Part shown: one piece after another, positions 37,557-49,615 of the stretch
Numbering within the stretch: position 1 is the first letter of the stretch
How the letters are laid out: every line of letters begins with the position of its first letter
Source of the DNA: Podarcis filfolensis
Taxonomy: Eukaryota
NCBI GenBank assembly: GCA_964270895.1
Contig: OZ185441.1
DNA: 64,000 nt
Direction: 5' to 3' (one strand)
Notes under the pieces: model-generated
Told to the model about the DNA's origin: nothing
What the model saw: only the letters and a program-made list of their open reading frames with translations
The model's database searches: none
Program-made: the position numbers and the translations under genes

Positions 37557-39349
37557 AAAACCAGAAGACAAACAAATCCATTGTAAGAGCTCAATAGCCT
37601 GTGTCAACCACCAGCTCTTATGTATGAGGGATCTTTTCTGGCAAGAGTCTTTGCCATCCTTTCCTTCCTTTATAAAAGGCTTCCAAATTGCTGAGCCATA
37701 AAAACATTAGAGTAATATCAGAAGTAGATACCTCTCTCCTTTCTTTCCTTTTAAAATATTACTTCAGCCTCAATCCATCAAGGGTGATCTGAACCAACCT
37801 GTGTTTACAGATCACCTTTCACGCAGATGATGCGCAGCCAATGGATGCACACTGGTGAAAGGAGGGCATGCACTTCATACCCATTTCCTAGAATCCATAC
37901 ATGGTTCCCTTTGAGAGATGAGTGCCATGTCTACAGTCACCCAATACAAAGCAACGTGTGCAAAGCTGGAGCGGAGGAAGAGGATGGTCCCAACTGGAAG
38001 GCCTTCATCACAGCTTGGGATTGTGGCTGTGAACCTGACAGTGTCAAGTGCCTATCTAACTCTTTGCACTACAGTCCTTATTAAATTCTCTTCTCAACAC
38101 TGCACCCCAACAAAGTAATTGTGCTTGTGGAACAACTTCCATTTGTGCAATTGAACTTAGCCCCCTCTCCTTGCCCCCTTTAAATCTGCTCTAGGGGATT
38201 CCTTCCACACCTCTGGAGTAGACCGGGATTCACAAGGGGAGGCAGGTTCTGTTGGGAGAGTAGAAGTCATTCCTCAAGCACAATTACTTTGTTGGATATA
38301 TAACACCCTATGTTCATATGTTTTGCATTACACAAAATATAAGAAATTTATATACAAGTGCAATCTGACCCCCCCCCCCGGTGAGTATTCTAATACTTGG
38401 TATTTTGTTTTTCTTGTAATTATCAATAATTATGTGTCACTTGCTGTTTTTTAATTTAAAATACATATTTGGTATCTAATCATTGTTTCATTCCCTGCAC
38501 AATCTTTTCCTTGCTTCAGTGATCCTGCCTGTCCCAAATTATTCATTTAAATCAGCTGGCACAAGATGGTTGCTGGCACTGCCCTATGGTTTTTGTGTGG
38601 GCCTTTTAATATGCTGACTTTTCCCCAGTTCACAAAATTGTTGCCATTTTAGTTGCATTTTCATTTTAAACCAAACGTCATTACTAATATTTAGAGTATA
38701 TTTAGATTTCTAGCTAATATTTAGCTACAAATTTGCCAATACTGTCTATAATCACCTGGGTATTGGAGGGATATTGAGAATGACATGTAAACCAGGTCAC
38801 CTTGTTGTAATGGAGACTCCACCCACCCACTGCTTTTGGCTAATTTGGGAGGAAACTGAACACACAAGAAAATTTTTTCCAGAGATAATGATCAGGATAT
38901 GAACTCATGGACTATGACGTTGTGTCATTTAAAGCTATTATTTTGAGACACTTCTGCAGCCTTCCTTAATAATTTTCTCTTCCATTATCACTTCTCAAAT
39001 ACCAAGCAGACTTGTTTCATTTGAAGATGGGTTGGTTCATCACACTGAGGTGTGTGTGTGTGTTGCTAGACAGTGCTGATTAATGTGGATTATTCAACTG
39101 ATTAATAACTTTACTGTTTCACAAGGCCAGGCTGATGTAATTGCCACATTTTTAATAATATTTTAAAATTGCAATTTGCCATGATTGATGATATCTAATT
39201 TCTAGGAGTCTTCATACTTAGGAACCTGGTATATACAAAGTGGGGGCGGGGTATGACAATAGTGCCATCCCCTGGTACTACAAATGCCTATCCAAAAAAT
39301 GAAAGACTGTGGTCGGATTAATATATAGTTTGAAATTATGCATTAATCT

Positions 39350-39480
39350 AGCCTTCTGCAGCATAGTACCCTCCAGTTCTCATTGGACTACAACTCCCAT
39401 GATCTACTAACAATGCTGACTAGGGCTGATGGGTGTTGTAGTCCAAAACATCTGGAGGAGACCAGATTATGGAAGGATGG
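39350..39480. mobile_element. Palindromic hAT-type MITE copy
   Basis: ggactacaactcccatgatc ... gctgatgggtgttgtagtccaaaacatctggagg. Confidence 0.7.
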
Positions 39481-40377
39481 TTTAACACATAATACCAAAG
39501 CTGAAGAGAATCCAAAATAATCCCAAAGGTGAACAAAAGAGAACCGAATCACCCCTAAAATAGGTACTGGATCACAGGAATTGGGTGCTTACATCCAAAT
39601 CAGAAGACGGTACAAACTAGCAGCAAGTTAACAACTTAAAACATATTATTGTTTAGGATCATATTTATATACTTTACCTAAATTCAATTAAAGTGGTCAT
39701 TTGGCAGACCACCACATGACAATGCTACTAACCTTATTTGCTGAGCTTTTTTATCCTGCCTCACAGGTCTGTAGTGGATTTGACTGTAGCTGCCTTGTCA
39801 GAAGAATCATGTAATATTAATCCTTCCTTGTTTCCACTATTTTATTATCTGTTGTACAAAATTTCCTGACTCTGCACTCATTCTGAATTGTGTTTTGTTG
39901 ATACTGGACTTCATCATTCCCCACAGCAGCGTCCAAATGCTTGATCTATTGCTGAAACTAAATAACAGTTTGCCTATTAGGTAAAGCAAAGGTTGTATTT
40001 CTTATTGACTATATGGTATGGTGTGGAGCTACTTTTTTAAACAAGAACAGCAAAGAACAGCTTGAGAGATATGGGCATTCACTGTAACTGGAACAATGAA
40101 ATGCATACTGATGGATGAGGGCATAGAACATCGCATTTTGTGTTTTTCAGTTGCAGGTTTATAGATCTCACTGTAGGATGAACTAATCTGATCTTGTCAA
40201 GCAGTGAAGTGTGTGCTTACCTGTATCTGCATATGACTAAAATACTCTTTAAGTATTTTCCAGTTTTATCTCATTGCATGGTCATGCCCTACACTTCTCC
40301 ATGGTCATTTGAAACTGAAACTGCAGTTAGGCCCTGGAAGCGAATTTCGTTTAAAAGAGAACTAATATCAACTAGTA

Positions 40378-40584
40378 CAGTGGTAACTCGGGTTAAGAAC
40401 TTAATTCATTCTGGAGGTCCGTTCTTAACCTGAAACTGTTCTTAACCTGAAGCACCACTTTAGCTACCGCTGCGCTGCTGGAGCACGATTTCTGTTCTTA
40501 TCCTGAAGCACTATTTCTGGGTTAGTGGAGTCTGTAACCTGAAGCGTATGTAACCTGAAGCATATGTAACCCGAGGTACCACTG
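40378..40584 (+). mobile_element. Tigger-like MITE, copy 3, orientation A
   Basis: cagtggtaactcgggttaag ... taacccgaggtaccactg, TA flanks, internal deletions. Confidence 0.9.
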
Positions 40585-42404
40585 TAATCTCTTTTAAGAC
40601 ACTGGGGGAGGAATTTCATATTATGATGTGGTGATTGTTCTGTCAGGGCAGAAGAACCCACCCTCTCCTACAACTGCAAGCTGTTCTGCTGGTTCTCCTG
40701 ACCCCTTGAACCAATTCTGTGGGGCACACAAGGGAGAGAAGATGGGGAAAGCTGCACTGCACAAGTGGAAGGCCTGGCACAGGCGTCAGCTGACAGGACT
40801 CATTAGTTGAATCCTGCCCTGAGAAAGCAAGATATGTATATGATCTTTAAAAAATACAAATAAAAACATAAAGCATTGCAATGAAAAGTTAAAAAGAAGA
40901 AGCAGAAAATCAAAAATCAGAAAAATTGAAAGTAACGCAGTAAACCATTTTGGGGTGCTTGTTGTCGTAAGACACTTAGGTGAGTCCTACAGACCCTGAA
41001 AAATCAACTTTCATTTGTCATTTTCCCTTAGGCAAGTTTAAAAAAAAACACAATTTTAAGGTCTTTCTAAAGAAAGCTCAACAACTTTCAGGCTGTCCCG
41101 GCTTCTACTTTTTGAAATATGGCAACACTATCCATGTAGGAAATACAAAATGTGTGCTTTTGCTGCGATTACACACATCAAGGAACTGCTAAATACAACA
41201 AGAACTTACTTCTGTGAAGGAAACATTAATTCTATGTTTTAGGTTGCATAGGTAAATCTGAAGATATGATGGCGAGTTGTTAAGAGAACAAGGTATCGGG
41301 ATTCAGGCAAAAAGCAAGCCCAATTTTAATATGTTTTCAGCAACTGCTGTGTATTAAGCTCATAGTTATTCACATGAATAAGATATGCATATTACATTAA
41401 TGATGGGCAATGTAAATGTGAAAATTAAGAGTGGCCCTCCAGCACTGGACATTTCTAATGCAGCCCCAGAGTACTAAACAAATCGGCCACCCTTGTGGAA
41501 CACAGATTTGCAACAGCTTCCTATCTCTCCCCACCCAAATACAAATCCCATTTTGCAAACCAGTTTGAGGAAAAGGGGGGGGGGACAGGACAAAAGGGTA
41601 GCAGATGCAAAAGCAAAGGGAGCCCATAAAGCAGTGAAGGGTAGGCCAACTGAAATAAACAGGACTTGGAGCATGCCTTGGAGGCAGCCAGCAAGGGACT
41701 CTGGCAGCTCACCTCAGGGAGGGAGCTACGCAACTGAGAACAAGAAAAACTTGCCCCTGGCCTGTTCCTGATCAGACCAGATTTGACCCAGCTGACAGCA
41801 GCTACCAGGAAGGGACAAACAGCAGGAGCCCACTGAGCACAAACACGGGCCTAGCATTTGAAAGGCTTAATACTCTGAGGCTTTGAATTGTATTTTCTGA
41901 CATATCAGATTCCAAATATCCTGCTTGCTCCTATCTTGAGAGAGAACAGCCACATTCTGCACCTGTTTTCGCCTCTGGATCTATTTCAAGTGAAGCTCAT
42001 TTAGAAGTACTTTGCAGTGGTGGGAATCTAGCACTAACACTTGCATAAATAACAGTGGTAGAGCCCCATGCTCAGAATTCGCTGGGTGCATGGCTTCTTT
42101 CCTTCCAACAGGCTCCGGAAACCGAGGTGACACAAGCGTGGGGAGGAATGACAGTATATGCCCCTCACATCTGACCTGGGCTTCTAATGTTACCTTCACA
42201 GAGCAGGAAGGAGCACAGTTTAGCACCTCCCATGCTGCAAAGGACAATATGGGAAGGGTTAGATCTATGGGCAAATAAAGATATATGGTGGTATCAGAGA
42301 AGACTTATGGAAATGAATGATCTTGGCTAATTAAGGTCCGTTAATTCCAGTGGGTGTACTCTGAGGGAAAGCTTCGTTGAGTACCACACACAGAAAACAG
42401 AAAC

Positions 42405-42405
<1 letters not shown>

Positions 42406-42452
<47 letters not shown>
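42406..42452. repeat. (GT)n(TA)n compound microsatellite
   Basis: Direct reading. Confidence 0.95.
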
Positions 42453-42456
<4 letters not shown>

Positions 42457-44559
42457 AACACACTGAGAGGCCCAACACTGAACAGGCTCAATCTTCTATT
42501 GAATTAAGGTGTGGTGACAGGAACCTCAAATATCAAATGGTACCTAAGTGAAAACAGCTGCCAAAGTAAGACTGAGAACACAGGTCATTTTGAGCTACAG
42601 TGCAAGTAGGTGTTACTCTTTTGATCTTCTTGAGCAAAAACTATGGAAGGAAATGCTACAGTTAACCACTGCTAAGTCTATGCAAGTCTGAAAACAGAGT
42701 TAGGCTACACATGGAGTGTTTCACAATTCCCGCTGCTACTTTAGACATGTGCTCATTAAAACAAGCTCTTGGTTGGTTTTTTTCCCAGGGTTTGTTCTAT
42801 TTCAGTCTGGACTTCAAACTCTTCGGGTAGTAGTATGCACACTGATAGCCCTTAGGGCTTTCTATATTCTGTAAGAGGTCTAGGACACTGTTGGCATTAA
42901 ACAGTAGTCATAGTGCTGCTGGTGATATGCTACTGGCTTTGCTATTTAGAGAGTGGAATGGCTGCTGAAAGCTTATACACTCCCTGACTTTTTATTCTTG
43001 TGAATACTTGGCTTTTGTTTCCTAACTGTCAACATATGCTTGTTTTCATGTCATCCTGTACTGCCCCAAGGAGGGAACTAGTTGGTTTCTAAGTGTTCTG
43101 TTCCTGGTGTGGGATTCCACACCCCGCCCCACCCTTAAGAACACAAGTTACAAGATGTGGGGCTTTTTTTCGGGGTGTGTGTATCATACAAATATCTGCA
43201 TAGTAAACATAGTGAGGTAACACTGATGTGTTTGCAATGATAAACAATCACTATGCTTTTTAAAAAACCTTCCTTTTTTACTGGAGCAGTTTCACAACTT
43301 TCAACCAGATGTAAGTATCATGAAATACATGGGGGGGATGGTTGACAATATTCAGGCAATATTCTATATATAGTAATACAGATGTACTGCATTTTATAGA
43401 ATAATGTATTGTTACCATCAAAGGCTTAACTATGTACAGTCCCAAAAGACTATGTGTATATATGTAACACATACCTGTAATCTTCCAATGATATGCCAAA
43501 GAGTAAAGTTAAGAGAATTAGTGTGACATGATGGCTGCATCCTTTGTTATGTTCTATTCTATTTATAATTCAGTCTACAGTATGGTTAATGCCTGTATAT
43601 GGAGGAGCCTTACTCTCATACCAGGTAACTGTGATAGCCTTTCCAAGTCAACAGATTTGTAATTCCATTCCTCAAAATATATTCAGGTAAACTAGAAGTG
43701 GCAAAGTCTTCTGTTTTCAAGTGCAGGAGTGGCAGGAGAGGCCCAGGTGAGCATTCACATCCAGTAAGAGGCTGCAGTCTGTTATCTTGTCCTGGACATG
43801 AAGTAAGCTCTTCCATGTGAGAACCAGAAAGGGCTGGCAGATAGGAGGCACTTGGTTCTATCAAACACTGAAATCCCCCCTTTAGAGGTTTCCATGTCTT
43901 CTTATGGTGCACAAGGAAGCTAAACAGTAGCTTCAGGGTGTGTGATTTTTGTCAGGACCAGAGTACATGCAAGGATTAACTACCTTCCATTTTCAGCATG
44001 GACCCGATCTTCCCTTCAGAGGCCAGTGTCCTGGTCTAGAGAATCCTGTCCCGGACCAGGTGCCAAAATGGGAAATGGTTGCTTTGACTTCTCCAAAATA
44101 GGTAAGGGGTTCGCCTGAGCATTAGGTACAAGCTGAGTCAGAAGTCTCAACTGACCGGTCCTTCTCCCAGTTTCACCAATTTTCTTTCTCTTCTTTGGCT
44201 TCTTAGAAGTAGGTTATTTTTTTCTGAGTTTCTGGGCCTAACAAAACAGTTCATTATCTTAGCCAGGTATTGGCAGAATGGCCTCCACAGAGTTCTGGAT
44301 CCAACATCAGTATTGAGGTCATCAGTACAGAGATATTTACAGTCACACCAGATAACAAAGGTGAGGTTATGTCCCTGTTAAAATTAGGCTACAAGAGACC
44401 ACCATAGCACTGATAACTGCTCAATTTGCAGAAATGGATTACACCATCAATAACAATATGGACAGAACCAAGGTAGAGTCGTGTTGCCCATAAGGCTTTT
44501 TGGATGTTGGCCTAAGTATCCACTGCTGAAAGGTCACACAATCCCTTCATTAATCATTG

Positions 44560-46060
44560 AATTTAGTAGGGATGGTCTTACAAACTGGGTCCTGACTCTC
44601 TTGAACAAAGCAGTGGTAAGATCAATCCTGAAGAAAGCCTCCTTGGACTCAGAAGATTGAAAGAACTACATGTCAGACATCAATATCCCTGACTTGGGCA
44701 AGGTTGAATTGAGTGGTTGCAATCCAACTATAAGTATGATTGGATAAACCCGATTCTCTGGATCCATTTCAATTTGCATTCCAGCCCAAATCTGGAACTG
44801 AAGCTGCCCCATTCACTCATGATGGATCACCTGTACTGAAGAGAGGTAATGCAACTCTTTTTATTCTACTGGATCTCTCAGCAGTGTTTGGTTCCATTGG
44901 CCAGGATATTCTTCCAGATAAGCTCCCTTATTTGGGGGGTGGAGACATCATTTTTCAGTGGTCCCACTCCTAGTTGGGAGGGTGGCATCCAGAAAGTTCA
45001 ATGTGGGGGCATTTATGACATGTAGTCCTTCATGGATCCATTCTGTCTCCCATGTTGCTCAACATTTTATATGAAACCACTGAATAAAGTTATCGGAGGA
45101 TATGGATTTGGAAATCATTGCTATGCTCATAACACCCAGCTTTGCAAGGTTTTCAACTATACACCTGGTCTTTGGGAACAATAATGTACTTTAATGAGTG
45201 TTGATAAATTAAACTCAGTCCTGATAAGACAGAGATACTGTCTGCATACAGAAGGTGGTGCTCATTCAGTTATGAAATAAACTATCCTCTCTTGAAAGAA
45301 GAGATGGAGAACCCAAGCTTTCAGATGTTGTTGGAATTCCTACTTACATCAGTCCCAGTCAGCATGGCCAATGATCAGGGATGATGAGTGCTATAGTCCA
45401 GCATCTGAATTGTCACTGTTTCTCCAGCCCTTTCTAAATATCAGGTTTGCTAATAAATTTCCCTTTATCTACCCAAGTAGCCTCAGCGGTATGATAGAAC
45501 TTCTTTTAGTTGACACCACAATTTTCCTGCACAGAGATATCTTAGCCACCATTATTCATGTCTTGGTAACTACAAAGTTGGATACTGCAATGTTCTTGTA
45601 CATGGGGCTGCCTTTGAAGATAGTTCAGAAATCCTGAACAGGGAAGCAAGCTTGCTAACAGAGATCGCATCTTGGCCTGTATTGAAGCAACTCCATTGGG
45701 CCCCATTAAGTTTCCAAACCAAGGGCTAGTCTTAACCTTTAAAGCCCTGTGTGGCTTAAGACCCTGATATCTGTAGAATCACCTTCTCCTTTATCTGTCC
45801 ACTGAGATTGTCATCTGACACATTCTCCGTGTGCCGTTGCTATCTAAAGTGTAGTGTGTAGCGGTGATTGGAGAACCTTTTTTGTACTGGTATTCTCTCC
45901 TCAAGGAAGACTGCATGGAGCCCTCATTATTCCCATTTAAAAGCCAGGCAAAACCATTATAGTTTTACCAGGCCTCCTCCCCACCATGTGAATCAGCTAT
46001 TGCTGTTTCAGTTTATTTGAATTTTCTGTATTAGTTTGTCTGCTTTATAGTAAATTGCAC
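44560..46060 (+). mobile_element. Decayed L2-clade LINE, RT and C-terminal region, interrupted by a MITE near 45310-45410
   Basis: LKKASLDSED..NY..INIPDLGKV; ORF 44740-44973 LDPFQFAF..GTEAA...LFILLDLSAVF; downstream YAHNTQL (degenerate YADD); many stops and frameshifts. Confidence 0.85.
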
Positions 46061-46291
46061 CGTTTTGTTTCTTAGTACTCAGTTACCTAGACTAGGGACA
46101 TAAATTTATGTTAAAGGTACAGGATATAACTCAAATAAACATATAAGTGCCACTGTTGCAAGTGATTTTTGGAATCCCTGTCCAATGAACCAGCAGCAAT
46201 GGGATGGGATTGCTACAAAATGTGTCCCTCTCAAGGCAGAGGAGGCAGTGGCCATGTCCATCACTGGGAGACGTTGGTGGTGATGATCAAT

Positions 46292-46350
46292 TTATTATTT
46301 ATATGCTGACCATCCAATTGGGTTGCCCTAGCCACTCGGGGCAGCTCGCC
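46292..46350 (-). mobile_element. Short LINE-type 3' tail fragment, same family as 49010-49190
   Basis: tttatttatatgctgaccatccaattgggttgccctagccactcggggcagc is the reverse complement of the tail at 49085-49140. Confidence 0.65.
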
Positions 46351-49009
46351 ACAGTAAAACGCTTTTGAGAAAGTGCCTATTATGCCACTGCTTCCCACTG
46401 AAGAATGGCAAAGGTGCCCATTGGTGTGGAGTTAACAACAAAAGTAACACAAAACAAAACAATTATAAATATAAATGAAATGAAAAGTACTGGAGAAGAA
46501 AGGTGGATATTGAAGGGAGTAAATGGAAGAAAATTCATAGTTCGTATTTGTAGAGATGCTACCACTGTTGTAGTCAAAACGGGAATGAGTGAGTTGTCCT
46601 ATGACAACACATTCTAGAAGTTGCAAAATTTGCTCTGCACAGCCACAAAATCCATAAGCTCCCACACCTGGGCAAAAGAAATAATGCCTCTTTAGTTTTG
46701 CAAACTCCCTCTGACCAAGCACCATTGCTAGGTATTAGAGAGGAGACAGGAAGTAGTGCTTCCTTCTAGTTCCTAAGCCCTTCCAGCACCTTCTAACAAT
46801 GGCACCATGTTAGAAGGAAAGGAGTCTCTTTTGCAAAGGAAAAAAGAGGTGCCCAACCAAAAAATGATGAGGCAGGGAAGACTGACATCCACATTGGCAG
46901 GCTGGTCTGGGCGGAATAGTTGAAACCTCTCCAGTACAATGATGGGGCTCAATAGCACCACCTACTGCTCAGCACACACAATATATACCGTACAATACAC
47001 TTGCAACTTATGCAAATTTAACATGTGCACATTAAGGTGCTTGGTAATTTTATTTTAAGGAGCGGCCAACCAGGTGGGGAAAATGTTGGCAATCTCACCC
47101 ACCATTGTACCCAATGTGTTTTGATTATACACGATTTTAAGACACCATCCCCAGAAAATAACCCCTGCATACACTGAAGTCTTACTGTATATAAAAGCCT
47201 GCCAAATTGTTTGGGAAGGGACCCACTGTAAATAGCTTTGTGGGTCGGATATGCCCCACAAGCTGAGGGTTACCTTTGCTTTAAGTTCTTAGCCTCTGAG
47301 TATGCTAACCATAGATCTAACACCAGTAGTTATTTATCCTTTATCCTTTCTATTAGTCTGAGGTACAATGTCTGCAAATGTGAGGTTCTTGTCTAAATAT
47401 AATGGCTAACAGCCACTAATACATCTATGCTCCTTGAATATGTCTAATTATTTTTAAAAGCCTATTTATCCATGTTCATAATATTTTTTGGCAAGAATCT
47501 GCTTTTTTCTGAATAGCATGTTGATGAATTGCTACAGACTGTCTTGGCACTGAATTAACATTATCATTCTCTTTGCTGAAATTATAATGTTTCCGACTGC
47601 TTAGAACTGCCAGCTTCTAAACATGTAATGTGTAACACCCTGTATTTATACAATAACCTTTGTTTACTTTTATCCCTAAATAGTTTCCAAATAAGCATCA
47701 ATTTGTATATCACATTGGTGACAATGCTTTTATTTTCACTAATAAAATATGTACCTAGAGGATAACTAGAATCACTGAATTAAAGCTATCATGCGGTAGT
47801 GAAATTGCTTTCTTCTAAGTTTGTGCTTGGACTGTATAAAGACAGCCTCCCAGCCAGAAAAGATCTTTATTCCCTATTTCTGAGGACCAATGGCTTCTTT
47901 CCAATGACCTTCTCCCCTTGTCATTCATCACATTTCTTTGCAGAATGGCTTCATCCTTAAGAATTAAAAGATTCACAGGGCAGTTCATCACTTTTACCTG
48001 TGAACAGGTTGGTTCTAGTGGCATTGTAAGTTGTGGCAGTTCCTGCAACAGAGTTGTTTTGGGAAATGTGTGTAATAAGGATAAGATACATCTTTTTTAA
48101 GTCCACAAGAGATGATTTTTAAAGTCCTGTGGACCATTACTCAAGTGCAGTTACTACATGCACTGACAAATGAAAATCCAGCTTTTAAATCTATTCTAAT
48201 TTGTACAATCTGATTTATGAATGATTTGGAAACATTTAGGACTAGAAAAAGTATGCACAGCTCCACTCTTTCTTTTTCTTTTTCTAAAAAAGATCTCCGG
48301 ACACACAGCACTGAAAAAATATTAAGCCATATTCTATTCCAAAGACGCTGAATTAATTGAACAAATGAAAAACAGCTTTGTTGTCAAGATTATGATGTTC
48401 TTGGACAACCTGCTTTGTGCATCTTTCAGATGAAACTACCAAGAAAATATCACCCACTTCCAGTGCAACTACAACAAACTGTAGCACAGAGTTGTGCGAT
48501 AAAGAAAGATGTCACAGTACAGGTGACATTTATCTATCTATCTATTTATACTGCTCTTTATCAAAAGATCAAAATACCAGTACTATGGTGCCTTGTAGAC
48601 AAGAGGGACTTCAGTATGGTTTGCACCCAGGCTTCCTCCATGGGGGAACAGGCATTATGAGGGACATTAAAAGTACAGAATGCTCTCTGAAAACAGGGAG
48701 TGGGTGGAATATTCCTATGGGTATGCGTGGTCCTGCCACCATCCTTCCTTTTAGGACCATTTCCCCTCATTTTAGATACCCGGAGATCTCAGGGTGGTCC
48801 ACAACACAAAATCACAATACCAAAACACAAAATACATGATAAAAATAAGAACCAAAACAAACTTCTGCAGATTTACAGAAGTCATCCCAGTTTCTGATTT
48901 GATCCTGGAATGTCCTGCTTTTCCTTGGGATGTCCCTATTTTCATGGGAGAAATGTTGGAGGGTATATGTGGAGTTATGCAACCCCCGAGCCAAGAAGAT
49001 AGGTAACTA

Positions 49010-49142
49010 TGCAACCTTTAGAAGACATCTGAAGGCAGGCCTGTATAGGGAAGTTTTTCCATGTTTAATGTTTTATTATGTTGGAAGCCACCCAGAGTGG
49101 CTGGGGCAACCTAGTCAGATGGATGGGATATAAATAATAAAG

Positions 49143-49189
<47 letters not shown>

Positions 49190-49190
49190 A
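49010..49190 (+). mobile_element. 5'-truncated LINE (L2-like) 3' end with (GTT)3(GCT)12 tail
   Basis: ttagaagacatctgaaggcaggcctgtatagggaag...ggaagccacccagagtggctggggcaacctagtcagatgg...taaataataa, then the microsatellite at 49142-49186. Confidence 0.75.
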
Positions 49191-49492
49191 TCACATTTGA
49201 ATAGGATGTTCCCTATTTTTATCGGAGAAATAAATGTTGGGAGGTATGCCTATAATCCCCTGAGGAGTTCAACAGGAGAAAAGAAGGAGAGGAATGAGGG
49301 ACATGTACCTAAAAATGCCTAGTGAGCTGTAATTCAGCAGATTCAAATGCTATACAGGGTTGGGGTGACAGGGTGTGGGGTTGCTGGCCAAAGTCTGGGG
49401 ACAGGGAGTGACGTTGTTTGCTGACATGTGGATGAAGGATGTGTTTGGGTTTTGTTTTTCCTCCTCCTCCTCCTCCTCATGGGCCCCTAATA

Positions 49493-49615
49493 TAAGGTTA
49501 CCAGACGTCCCCATTTCCTGGGGACAGTCCCCGGATTTACAAACCAGTCCCCATACAAAATCCATTGAAACGGAAAAGTGTCCCCGGATTCATTGAAAAA
49601 AATCTGGTAACCTTA
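49493..49615. mobile_element. 123-bp hAT-type MITE with perfect 13-bp TIRs and 8-bp TSD
   Basis: taaggttaccaga / tctggtaacctta; ccctaata at 49485-49492 and 49616-49623. Confidence 0.9.

Noticed and set aside
37275-37701. ORFs spanning X runs
   Set aside because: They are artefacts of the assembly gap
46789-46817. Short hairpin ccttctaaca...tgttagaagg
   Set aside because: Too short for a pre-miRNA, with no other support
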